NCBI GenBank assembly: GCA_963663275.1
Contig: OY760183.1
Coordinates: forward strand, 1,504,001-1,568,000
DNA from: Chloroflexota bacterium
Lineage (GTDB): Bacteria > Chloroflexota > UBA11872 > VXOZ01
Length of the DNA: 64,000 bases
Direction: 5' to 3'
The position numbers and the translations under genes are program-made. Below, in pieces: positions 1 through 9,054 of this stretch. Within the stretch, counting starts at the first letter, position 1. Each line of letters begins with the position of its first letter. Below the pieces are notes generated by a model. That model was not told where the DNA came from and did not search any database. It saw only the letters and a list, made by a program, of their open reading frames with translations.

Positions 1-576
1 CGCGCCGACGCGGCGCGGGTGAACGTGCGCGCGGCGCTGGAACACGGCGCGCACGCCGTGGTCGGCACGACCGGCATGGAGATGGCAGAGATTGAGGAAC
101 TGGGTGCGTTGGCTGCCTCCAACGGCCTGGGCCTGGTGGTGGCGCCGAACTTCGCGCTGAGCGCGGTGCTCATGATGCACGTGAGCAAGCTCGTCGGCAA
201 GTACATGGACTACTGCGACATCGTGGAGTATCACCACGAAAACAAGATCGACGCGCCTTCCGGCACCGCGCTGCAGAGCGCCATCGACATCCGCAAAGCC
301 CGGGGCAGCGACTTCATCTCCTCCGACACGGAGAAGGAAACGCTGGCCGGCACGCGCGGCGGCGTGCACGGGGGCATCAACGTCCACGCGGTGCGCATGC
401 CGGGCATGGTGGCCCACCAGCAGGTGGTCTTCGGCGGTCTGGGTCAAACCCTGACCATCCGCCAGGACTCCACCAGCGCCGAGTCGTTTGTGCCCGGCGT
501 GCTCATGTCCGCGCGCGCGGCGCCGAACCTGAAGGGCCTCACCTACGGTCTGGACGCGCTGCTCGGCCTGGCGTAA
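1..576 (+). CDS. dapB: 4-hydroxy-tetrahydrodipicolinate reductase (5'-partial, runs off window start)
   Basis: VVGTTG, APNFALS and EYHHENKIDAPSGTA motifs. The frame is open back to position 1, and the gene clusters with asd/dapA. Confidence 0.95.
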   Translation, partial: RADAARVNVRAALEHGAHAVVGTTGMEMAEIEELGALAASNGLGLVVAPNFALSAVLMMHVSKLVGKYMDYCDIVEYHHENKIDAPSGTALQSAIDIRKARGSDFISSDTEKETLAGTRGGVHGGINVHAVRMPGMVAHQQVVFGGLGQTLTIRQDSTSAESFVPGVLMSARAAPNLKGLTYGLDALLGLA

Positions 577-599
577 TTCACAAGACACCCGAGAATCCA

Positions 600-706
600 G
601 TAGCACAGGCTTGCCACCTGTGCTACTGTGCTATTGACAGCGTGTCACGGGGGCTTGCCCCCATACGGATGTCGCACAAGAGTAGCGCGGGGGCTTGTCC
701 CCCGCC
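600..706. repeat. REP-like palindrome cluster (degenerate B-type plus A-type GTAGCGCGGGGGCTTGTCCCCCGC)
   Basis: gtagcacaggcttgccacctgtgctac at ~600 and gtagcgcgggggcttgtcccccgc at 682-705. The same motifs recur throughout the window. Confidence 0.8.
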
Positions 707-816
707 TCTTCCGGCGCACGGCCGGCGGCAGAGCCGATCCGCGGCCCGGGCGTTAAGGTTCCCACACTATGGCAAAGACCCCGGCGCGCACGTGAGCATT
801 GCAGAGGAGAGCGGAC

Positions 817-1419
817 GTGGCCACGCTTGTAGCCCCATTCGACCACCAAATGCCCATCCGGCCTATTAGCCTCGAGGAGTACCACTGGCTCATCGACCAC
901 GGATTCTTCAATAGTGATGAGCGCGTGGAGCTAATTGAAGGCGTAATGCGTCAGAAGTGTGCGAAGAGTCCGCCCCACGCTGCCTGCCACACCAAATTGA
1001 TGGAACTGCTGTATCCCGCGCTAGGCGATAGAGCGTTGGTACGAGCGGTTGGGGCCATCACTATCCACTCGAGCAACTCGGAACCCGAACCTGATTTCAT
1101 GGTGGTCGCGCACCGTGAGAACGAGTACCTTGATCACCAGCCTTACCCCGCAGAGGTGCACTTGGTGGTGGAAATCGCCGATTTGAGCCTGGACTATGAC
1201 CGGAGCGTCAAGGGGCCGCTCTACGCCGGGGCCGGCATTGCCGAGTATTGGATCGCAAACCTGGTCGAAAGCAAACTAGAGGTCTATAGAGAGCCGGTTA
1301 CTCCGGCTGAAGGCAATCCGTACTATCGCCAACTCGTGCGCCTTTCACGGCAGGACACCGTGCGGCTTGCGCATTTCCCCGATAGCGCCTTCGCAGTGGC
1401 GGACCTGATTCCGGGATAG
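817..1419 (+). CDS. Uma2 family (DUF820) putative endonuclease
   Basis: RVELIEG, SEPEPD, LVVEIADLSLDYDR..K..LYA.AGI.EYWI motifs. GTG start at 817 follows GAGGAG. Confidence 0.9.
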   Translation: MATLVAPFDHQMPIRPISLEEYHWLIDHGFFNSDERVELIEGVMRQKCAKSPPHAACHTKLMELLYPALGDRALVRAVGAITIHSSNSEPEPDFMVVAHRENEYLDHQPYPAEVHLVVEIADLSLDYDRSVKGPLYAGAGIAEYWIANLVESKLEVYREPVTPAEGNPYYRQLVRLSRQDTVRLAHFPDSAFAVADLIPG

Positions 1420-1503
1420 ATCGTTCCGGTAACGGTGTCGCCCGCGCGAAACGAGCCGGTACAGTGAAGTTATCCCCTCATCGTGGCACTCTCCCCAGGG
1501 AGG

Positions 1504-1664
1504 CTGACAGGGGTATGTAAGTGTCATTCCGAGCGGAGCGTCGAAAAGGGTTCGCGGAATCTAGAGTTGCTGACTTTGCAGTGTGGCGCCTTAGATTCCT
1601 CTCTCCGCTGCGCTCCGTTCGGAATGACACGTGAAGTCGATCATAGAATACATACCCCTGTAAG
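1504..1664. mobile_element. MITE family 1, copy 1 (non-autonomous, CTGACAGGGGTATGTA ends)
   Basis: TIRs ctgacaggggtatgta / tacatacccctgtaag (15/16 complementary). The direct repeat ccccagggagg flanks it at 1493-1503 and 1665-1675. Confidence 0.75.
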
Positions 1665-1776
1665 CCCCAGGGAGGGTAAGTCTTTGCGCGCGCTGTGCCA
1701 CCTCGCCTGGAGCGAACTCACTTTCCCGCGTTGGACCGTAATTCTCGCGCTGCACAGTTCGCAGTGCAACCGGCGT

Positions 1777-1785
1777 TGGTATAAT
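1777..1785 (+). promoter_or_regulatory. Extended -10 promoter (TGnTATAAT) for asd
   Basis: tggtataat about 65 nt upstream of the asd ATG. Confidence 0.6.
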
Positions 1786-1849
1786 GGAATCTGCGTCTGA
1801 ACGACCGCTTACTGAAACGGAACCAGCAACACGACTAGGGACAAAAGGC

Positions 1850-2917
1850 ATGGCAAACAGCGACGGCTATAACGTAGGTGTTCTCGGCGCCACCGGTGTG
1901 GTGGGGCGTCTGCTGCTCGACATTCTCTTGGAGCGCGCGTTTCCGGTGAAGGAACTGCGCCTCTTTGCCTCCGGGCGCTCGCGGGGCAAGGCGGTGGACT
2001 TTGGCGGGGAGGCGCATTCCGTCGAGGAGACGACCGAGGATTCCTTTGACGGCTTGGACATTCTCTTTGCCTCCGCCGCCACCGGCGCCAACCGCCATTT
2101 TTCGCCAATCGCCGCCCGCGCGGGCGTGGCGGTGGTGGACGACTCCTCGGCGTTTCGCATGGATCCCGACGTGCCGCTGGTCATCGCGGGCGTGAACGAC
2201 GACGACCTGAACCGGCACAACGGCATCATCGCCGGGCCGAATTGCACCACCATGCAACTCGTGATTGCCGTGAACCCCATTCATCGGGTCAATCCCATCC
2301 GGCGCATGGTGATGGATACCTACCAGGCCGTTTCCGGTTGGGGGCGCGACGCCGTGGTGGAGTTGGACGCGCAGATCAAGGCCAGGGCCGCGGGCGCGGA
2401 CGGCGACTTGCCCCGCGAAATCTTCCGCCACGAAATCCTGGGTAACGTGCTGCCGGAGGTCGATTCGTTCATGGACGACGGCTACACCAAGGAAGAGTGG
2501 AAGGTCATCCACGAGACCCGCAAGATCATGCACGCGCCGGAGATGCGGATTACGTGCACGGCGGTGCGGGTGCCGGTGACCGTGGGCCACTCCGAGGCGG
2601 TGCACCTGGAGCTTGCGCGTCCCATGAGCGCTGACGAGGTGCGCGCGGCGCTGGCGGGCGCGCCGGACGTGCGCGTGGTGGACGATCCCGGCCAGGGGCT
2701 CTACCCGGTGGCCACCGACGCGGCGGGCACGGACGACGTGCTGGTGGGCCGCGTCCGCGGCGACGTCTCCCACGAAAACGGTGTGGCAATGTGGGTGGTG
2801 GCCGACAACCTGCGCTGCGGCGCGGCTACCAACGCGGTGCGCATCGCCGAATTGCTCGTGGAGCGCGATCTCCTGCGCGGCGCGGCGGTCCCGGCGGCCG
2901 GCGGGAGCGCCGGTTAG
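1850..2917 (+). CDS. asd: Aspartate-semialdehyde dehydrogenase
   Basis: GATGVVG, DDSSAFRMDPDVPL, PNCTT (catalytic Cys), RVPV..GHSE and DNLR.GAATNA motifs. Confidence 0.97.
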   Translation: MANSDGYNVGVLGATGVVGRLLLDILLERAFPVKELRLFASGRSRGKAVDFGGEAHSVEETTEDSFDGLDILFASAATGANRHFSPIAARAGVAVVDDSSAFRMDPDVPLVIAGVNDDDLNRHNGIIAGPNCTTMQLVIAVNPIHRVNPIRRMVMDTYQAVSGWGRDAVVELDAQIKARAAGADGDLPREIFRHEILGNVLPEVDSFMDDGYTKEEWKVIHETRKIMHAPEMRITCTAVRVPVTVGHSEAVHLELARPMSADEVRAALAGAPDVRVVDDPGQGLYPVATDAAGTDDVLVGRVRGDVSHENGVAMWVVADNLRCGAATNAVRIAELLVERDLLRGAAVPAAGGSAG

Positions 2918-2972
2918 CGGTATCGCCTCTCTTCATCGGCTGCCCGGCGCGCCGCAACACCGTGAAGACTTT

Positions 2973-3352
2973 CCCCCTCACCCCGGCCCTCTCCCCAGGG
3001 AGAGGGGGTCTTTCCCCCGTAGCGCTGGGGCTAGTTCCCAAGGATAGGGAGTCTGCTCGCCGTAGCGCGGGGGCTAGTCCCCCGCCTGGCGCGGCGCGCA
3101 TCTATGGTGGCATCAACGTAGCGCGGGGGCTTGTCCCTAATGCTGTCGCGTAAAGCTGATGAGCACTGTACTACCCGTTCGTGCTGAGCCTGTCGAAGTA
3201 TGAGCGGGTAGTACAGTGCGCCATAACCAACCCGCCGTTCATACTTCGGCAAGCTCAGCACGGGCCTTTCGACAGGCTCAAGGCGAACGGCTGCGCGCGT
3301 GTTCATCCATTTCTCAAGTGTAGTCAACGTAGCGCGGGGGCTTGTCCCCCGC
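2973..3352. repeat. Mixed REP-like cluster between asd and dapA
   Basis: One ccctcaccccggccctctccccagggagaggg hairpin, four A-type GTAGCGC copies (~3019, 3062, 3118, 3329), and ccgttcgtgctgagcctgtcgaag...ttcgacaggctcaaggcgaacgg (3175-3290). Confidence 0.85.
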
Positions 3353-3457
3353 CCGGCACGACGCGCGTCCACATTTGCCTTAATCGTGTGACAACGCGCC
3401 TTGCGTTCGGTACACTGTGGCAAACGACCGCGAATGAACTATGGGAGGAGCGCACAC

Positions 3458-4384
3458 ATGGCACGCGCAGAACTTGGCAGACTGATAACGGCGATGGTCA
3501 CGCCTTTCGATAGCGACGGCGCGGTGAATTACGACCAACTTGGCAACCTGGCGCGGCAGCTTATCCAGGGCGGCTCGGACGCGCTGCTGGTCACCGGCAC
3601 CACCGGCGAATCGCCCACGCTTTCCCACGAAGAGAAGCTGGAGTGCTACCGCACCGTTATGGCGGCGGCGGACGGGCGCGTGCCGGTGGTCGCGGGCACG
3701 GGTAACTACAGTACCGGCGAGAGCGCGGCATTCTCCCGCGAGGCGGAAGACCTGGGCGTGGACGCGCTGCTGCTGGTAGTGCCCTACTACAACAACCCGC
3801 CGCAGGAGGGCCTCTACCAGCACTTCAGGACGATTGCGGAGAGCACCTCGCTGCCGTGCATCGTCTACAACGTGCCCACGCGCACCGTGCGCAACATGGA
3901 GGCCGCCACCACCGCGCGCCTGGCCGAGGTGGACAACATCGTGGGCGTGAAAGAGGCCTCCGGCGACCTAGGCCAGATTTCCGACGTGCTGCGCCTGACG
4001 CCTGACGACTTCCACGTCTGGAGCGGCAACGATTCGGACACCTACCACATCATGTGCATGGGCGGCTACGGCATCATCAGCGTGGCCAGCCACGTCATCG
4101 GCCTGCAGATCAAGCGGATGATCGACGCCACCCTGGCCTCCGATATTCCCACGGCCGGCGCGCTCCACCAGCAACTGATGCCGCTCTTCACCAGCATCTT
4201 CCCGCCCATCTCGCCGGTCGCCAGCCCGGCCGCCATCAAGGCCTGCCTCAACCTCGCCGGCTTCAACGCCGGCGGCCACCGCCTGCCCCTGATCCCGGTG
4301 CCCGAGTCGTTCGAGCACACCCTGCGCGAACTGCTGGGCACGTACGAGCTGGACCCGAATCTGTCAGTGCTGGCAACGGCGTAG
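3458..4384 (+). CDS. dapA: 4-hydroxy-tetrahydrodipicolinate synthase
   Basis: TAMVTPF, GTTGESPTL, PYYN.PPQEGLYQHF, YNVP.RT and VKEASG motifs. GGAGGAG RBS. Confidence 0.96.
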   Translation: MARAELGRLITAMVTPFDSDGAVNYDQLGNLARQLIQGGSDALLVTGTTGESPTLSHEEKLECYRTVMAAADGRVPVVAGTGNYSTGESAAFSREAEDLGVDALLLVVPYYNNPPQEGLYQHFRTIAESTSLPCIVYNVPTRTVRNMEAATTARLAEVDNIVGVKEASGDLGQISDVLRLTPDDFHVWSGNDSDTYHIMCMGGYGIISVASHVIGLQIKRMIDATLASDIPTAGALHQQLMPLFTSIFPPISPVASPAAIKACLNLAGFNAGGHRLPLIPVPESFEHTLRELLGTYELDPNLSVLATA

Positions 4385-4517
4385 TTGAGTATCAGTACAC
4401 AAGAAAGTCCTGCAATTCTCGTCGGGCAACATTCTGCTACACTAAAGGGTGATGCGCGAAAGTTCAGCATCAAGATAAGATGACTTGGTTGTGTTGAAGG
4501 ACAAGGAGGATAGCAGG

Positions 4518-4856
4518 ATGGCCTCTGCGACAATATCGCTGCCAATGAAACCCAATTGTAGTCATTGTCACAATGAGGCGGGCATAGTAATGCGTTCGTA
4601 TGGGACGGATCAAGTCGTAGTCTGTATATACTGTGAGCAGTGTGGGGCTTGCGTTGCTGACCCACAGACTATCGGTGAGAGAATTGTTAGAGAGTACAAG
4701 AAAGGGCATGCAAGACGTAAACTTGAGAAGGTGCTCAAGTCTGAACACAGGCGGCTAGATGTTGGCGGGGTAACGCAATCAAGCGAGGAAATCCAAGAAC
4801 GCATTGATGCACTAGATGAGAAATATGCGTGGGAATTTTACTTGCCTAGCAGGTAG
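4518..4856 (+). CDS. Hypothetical Cys-rich (zinc-ribbon-like) protein
   Basis: AAGGAGGA RBS, CSHC...CIYCEQCGAC, charged helical C-terminus. Confidence 0.6.
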   Translation: MASATISLPMKPNCSHCHNEAGIVMRSYGTDQVVVCIYCEQCGACVADPQTIGERIVREYKKGHARRKLEKVLKSEHRRLDVGGVTQSSEEIQERIDALDEKYAWEFYLPSR

Positions 4857-5294
4857 GTTCCCGATAACCTTGGGCGTAAAAGCTAAAGGGCTAACGCCAG
4901 ATTTCAAGTGGGCAACTGGATAGTCATGGCACTTTGATTCCATCCAGATTTGCTCTGTATGCCTACAATCAAAAGAAGCAACACTTACTTTGGTAGATGA
5001 GATAATCTCGATTCTGCATTTTCGTTACATTTGCTTGTAACGCCTTACCGAATGCCCTCGGGATTCTCTGCGTAGAAACCGAACAGTCGGCTGGCAAAGC
5101 AAAGGAATTGCTTGGTTCTCGCTGTATTGTAAGCTGGCGTTTCCCTCTTCGTTCCTGCCCATTCTTGGCGAGGCATACTCAGGTAGCAGGCCGGTAATGG
5201 GTCACACTTCAAGTGTGCCTATTCGGAGAAACTCTGCTTGGTGTACTGAAATATCATCTAAGGCAACCGTAAGACTGGGTGAACGGAGCGTACG

Positions 5295-6074
5295 TTGGCA
5301 ACTAGTGGTGAACGATCGAGAGTTGGTTGTCACTGGTTCTTGATGACAATCATAGCCTTGCTATTTGGGGGAGCCATAGGTGGAATCATTTTACCGTTTC
5401 TATTCCCAATTCCCTCCCAGTTCATATTACCCCTATCTGTGGTTCTGGCGATACTGGCTGCTATTGCGTCGCCATTCATAGGAATCACAATCTGGCACAT
5501 AAAGGAGGCCTTCCAACGAGTTTTCCCCGATACAGTCTTGTATGAGTGGTTAGCATTTGGACGCAAACCAGGCTATAAACTATGGAGACAAGCGATCTTC
5601 ACCAATGCCGACGGGGAAGCAGAAACTCTGGGAACGTTAGAGCGCAGATATGCGAATGGCGATGTCTTGAATGAGGAGGAGATTTCGGCCTTACACTTGG
5701 CATGGAAGTCCTATATTGAAGCTGGCGGTTACTCATATATCCCTATGTCAATCCCTTTGACCCTCTTGAATCGAACTATGAATCTAGCCGTCAAGCGACT
5801 CTACATGGAAGAATCCGAATTAGAGGAAATGAGGCGTCTCTTGGCGCAACTCAACCGAGGAGCATCGCTGAACGTTAGTGAGATAGACGCGTTGGACTTA
5901 GCAACACAAAAGTACAGGATGTTTGTTCTTGAAGAACTTCCCGATGATGAGAGAGAACTGTTAAATTCAGCGCAGCTCTTCGACCCTGGAAACATGAATG
6001 AAAGTGACCGAAAGAAGGCAAGTCAAAGCGACATTGATCTGCTTGACATGCTGTTTTCAGGGAACCGCTGGTAG
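5295..6074 (+). CDS. Hypothetical membrane protein (2 N-terminal TM helices plus soluble helical domain)
   Basis: 259-aa ORF with two hydrophobic segments. Start codon uncertain. Confidence 0.6.
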   Translation: MATSGERSRVGCHWFLMTIIALLFGGAIGGIILPFLFPIPSQFILPLSVVLAILAAIASPFIGITIWHIKEAFQRVFPDTVLYEWLAFGRKPGYKLWRQAIFTNADGEAETLGTLERRYANGDVLNEEEISALHLAWKSYIEAGGYSYIPMSIPLTLLNRTMNLAVKRLYMEESELEEMRRLLAQLNRGASLNVSEIDALDLATQKYRMFVLEELPDDERELLNSAQLFDPGNMNESDRKKASQSDIDLLDMLFSGNRW

Positions 6075-6161
6075 ATGTGCCTCAATAGTCCGATTACTGA
6101 GCGAGGAGAATTGGAAGGGAACGATATACCTAGCTAGATAATCTCCCTCCAGTCAGATTCA

Positions 6162-6190
6162 AAAAGCCCCGTGTTCAGCGCGGGGCTTTT
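6162..6190. terminator. Bidirectional rho-independent terminator
   Basis: aaaagccccg-tgttcagcg-cggggctttt, just downstream of 5295..6074. Confidence 0.7.
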
Positions 6191-6385
6191 GCTATTCTTT
6201 CGTTCGCTACCACACCGCTGTTTAACGTACAATTGCCTGTGCCTAGAGTCTACTTTGTGTATAACCCCCGGCCATGTTGCCACATGGTTCAGGGAGCACG
6301 GTGTAGCCGTTTGTCCCCTTGTGGGGTTGTGCATAGGTGGACTCTAGGCAAGTTACACCACTCATCTCCTACAAGGGGGCATTTC

Positions 6386-6643
6386 ATGTTCAGGATAGTA
6401 GTACTTCTTACCGTATCTTTTGCGATGCAAGTGCTGAGAGTGCTTGTTTTCAGCATCGCAGTCGGTATAGTTGCAGGCTTGATAGCCCTGTTGTTTGGCA
6501 AGCCAGCACTGGAGTGGGCTTCCAACTCAGCAGGGTTTGTCTTTTTCTGGGGGTTCATCTGGTGTCTAGTGCAAGTTACTCGTGCGGCTGTTGCTTGTTT
6601 TAGGGCAATCGCAGCACAAGAGTTGCCAGATGCTAAACCTTGA
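6386..6643 (+). CDS. Small hypothetical membrane protein
   Basis: ATG after aagggggc. 85 aa with 2-3 hydrophobic segments. Confidence 0.5.
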   Translation: MFRIVVLLTVSFAMQVLRVLVFSIAVGIVAGLIALLFGKPALEWASNSAGFVFFWGFIWCLVQVTRAAVACFRAIAAQELPDAKP

Positions 6644-6842
6644 GGATGTCTCCGTAGCCGGCTTCCTGCAAGGACGTTCGCGCCTCTTCGTGTGCGCGTT
6701 CTACTTCCTGCAACTCGTCGATGATCTGCTTCATCTCATCCACGTCCAGGGCGCTGAACGGGATCCGCTGCTTGTGTGCCACGAAGCCTGCTGGCTGCGC
6801 GACGTGCACAATGGGAGAATGCCCACGGCCGGGATATTCCGT

Positions 6843-7601
6843 ATGATGAAACGCATCGCATTACTGTTACTCATTGTAGCAGCTTGGTTGCTCACCCCCA
6901 CAGTCCACGCATCCGATCATTGCCAGTTCGTGCTTGGCTTCAAGGAAACCAGAGACAGCTACTATCACGAGTATTACGGCGAGTGCCTGGAAAACGAGCG
7001 GCCCACCTCGTACGGTGCCACCCAACGCACCACCAAGGGCGTGTTCCACCGGTACAGGGACCGTGGCTACATCACTTTCATTCCCAATGCCGCGCCCACC
7101 CCTGAACCAACCGTAGTCCCAACACCCACGCCGATTCCTGAGCCATACATCGATCCCAGGCTGGAATCTGCCATCAGAGTGATGCGTACAACGGAGATAG
7201 GTGAGCTCATGTGGCAGTATTTTCTCCATTCCGGCGCGGACGCGACATTTGCGGATCTCCCCGAGCGCAGGCACGGCGAATACTCGTCTACGAACCACGA
7301 GGTCAGAGTGGCGTCACGCGCACGGCATGATCTGCCCTTTGTTGCCGCTATTTTGGTGCACGAGATTGCCCATGCGTGGATCAGTGCACACGCTGAAGAG
7401 AAATATCTCGGCGTTGAGGGATGTTTTGAGGAGGAGGAACTCGCATTCAAATTGGAAATGCGCTGGTGGCTGGAATACTACGGCAGGGGTGGCAAGGACG
7501 GGAGCCACAGCCAAGATCAGCTTCTGACGCATTACCTCAATAGCACACCGGGCGACTGGGTGCACTCTAACGAGGACTACCAAGAACAATGCGCCGCGTG
7601 A
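6843..7601 (+). CDS. Secreted putative zinc metallopeptidase (HExxH) with N-terminal Cys-containing module and PT linker
   Basis: Signal peptide MMKRIALLLL...VHA, CQFVLGFK...GECLENE module, PTPEPTVVPTPTP linker, LVHEIAH with downstream EEE. Confidence 0.7.
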   Translation: MMKRIALLLLIVAAWLLTPTVHASDHCQFVLGFKETRDSYYHEYYGECLENERPTSYGATQRTTKGVFHRYRDRGYITFIPNAAPTPEPTVVPTPTPIPEPYIDPRLESAIRVMRTTEIGELMWQYFLHSGADATFADLPERRHGEYSSTNHEVRVASRARHDLPFVAAILVHEIAHAWISAHAEEKYLGVEGCFEEEELAFKLEMRWWLEYYGRGGKDGSHSQDQLLTHYLNSTPGDWVHSNEDYQEQCAA

Positions 7602-7825
7602 GGTAAGACTGCTAGAATAAAACACAAGATCGAGACAGGCATCTCGACCTTGTACAACACCATCAAACACCTTGAGGAGATCTGATATGTCTATTGTAGC
7701 AGGCCGCAAGCCGCGCGGCAAAACCCTTGATATCGATAGACTTGGACAGTCAACAAACGACAAAAAGAACCATAAGGAATGCAAAACCTTTCACATAGAA
7801 ATTCACGGGGACTGGAACATAGAGG

Positions 7826-8557
7826 CTATTGTTGTGGAGCAATCATTCCGCTGAGTAAGGGGACATTGTAGAAGTCTCCTAACCAAACACTTGCATCTTT
7901 ATCGTCCGAGCATCCCCAATATCCATATGCAAATACACCCTCTTGTACAATCCTCATGTTAGTCATTGGATGCTTGTACCGCTCTTCAAAGAATTCTACC
8001 CTATCCGAATCTATGCCGATCTGCGAGATCTCTGCTTGCACGCTATAGTTCTCGGGAACCTTATAGCCTTTCTCGTAAAAGAATAGTCCGCGAATTATTC
8101 TGTCCGCAACACGGTTAATCCTATCCGTCTCCGGGGTGCTAATTAGGAGAGTGCGGTCTGGAATCAGCAAGTTTCCCCTTGTGATTACGGGCACTTCGGT
8201 CAGTTCGCTCAGCAGTTTGCGGGCAAGCCCACCATGCCCACCCCGGAACTTTGTACCAAGTCGGTCAAGCAACTCATCTTGTTTTCGTTCGAGAAGCTGC
8301 TTGCTGCACGTTGATAGCTGCAATAAACCGTTTGTCACCATCCCATTTGCTGCATTAACAACGTCATATGCAAAATATTCATCGTCCTTTGCCAGGCCCT
8401 GACACTTCTCGCAAGAAGGAACAGTTATCATGACTCTGGGAAATGGCCTTAGAAAAACACACTTTGGAGGGATGTGGTCTCTAGTTGCTGGGTCTTCGGC
8501 ACCACAATACGCGCATTGACTCTTCACTGCTACTCTCTCCTCTTCTGTGGCTCCCAT
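7826..8557 (-). CDS. HNH-endonuclease-like protein
   Basis: CAYC...TRDHIPPK...VPSCEKC..KDDEY zinc-finger/HNH pattern at the N-terminus. Confidence 0.7.
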   Translation of the reverse strand: MGATEEERVAVKSQCAYCGAEDPATRDHIPPKCVFLRPFPRVMITVPSCEKCQGLAKDDEYFAYDVVNAANGMVTNGLLQLSTCSKQLLERKQDELLDRLGTKFRGGHGGLARKLLSELTEVPVITRGNLLIPDRTLLISTPETDRINRVADRIIRGLFFYEKGYKVPENYSVQAEISQIGIDSDRVEFFEERYKHPMTNMRIVQEGVFAYGYWGCSDDKDASVWLGDFYNVPLLSGMIAPQQ

Positions 8558-8658
8558 ACTTCCAAGTCAATCAGTTCTTTTGTCTATGACCCCACAACGT
8601 TCGACCTGATGTGACTTGCTCTACGACCAACTAACACTAGAGTGAAGAATGACACGTA

Positions 8659-8910
8659 TCATGAAGAGAGAATAAGGACATCTTCCTCGGCGGTTACGTG
8701 CTCGATCAGGGCTTTCTCAATAGGTATGCCTTCCGCATCGAGCCGGCTGAGCAGCCGATCGAGGTTCGTGTCGCTTCCCACGACGGTCCGGTTGAGGATT
8801 GCGACCCACTGTTCGGGATACTGTTGGAGAAGCTCCTCGTAGCGAGACTCGTAGTAATCGACGTCTTGCTGAAAGCGGGCGAGGCTTTTTTGCTGGTTCT
8901 CTGAGGTCAT
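8659..8910 (-). CDS. DUF5678-like small protein
   Basis: AGGAGG RBS. The pattern EELLQQYPEQWVAI...VVGSD.NLD.LL is typical of this family. Confidence 0.7.
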   Translation of the reverse strand: MTSENQQKSLARFQQDVDYYESRYEELLQQYPEQWVAILNRTVVGSDTNLDRLLSRLDAEGIPIEKALIEHVTAEEDVLILSS

Positions 8911-9054
8911 TGCGGGGCGCCTCCTAAGTTGCTCTCTACCTAAAGTACCACAGTACTTTGTGGTCATTCCATGCTCTTGCCCACATCCGCCGTAATTCTG
9001 TACTGTAGGTGCAGAAAGTCCTATTGAGCGCGTGTGGACTCGTGGAGCGGCCTG

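Larger units (their letters stand above)
4402..9022. other. AT-richer accessory island between dapA and udg
   Basis: Abrupt drop in GC and different codon usage over most of the interval. agaaagtcct occurs at both 4402-4411 and 9013-9022. Host REP motifs are absent inside. Confidence 0.65.

Noticed and set aside
4857-5294. Possible gene or ncRNA in the island's non-coding gap
   Set aside because: Only short ORFs (e.g. a 43-aa minus-strand ORF) without RBS or motif, and no convincing structure.
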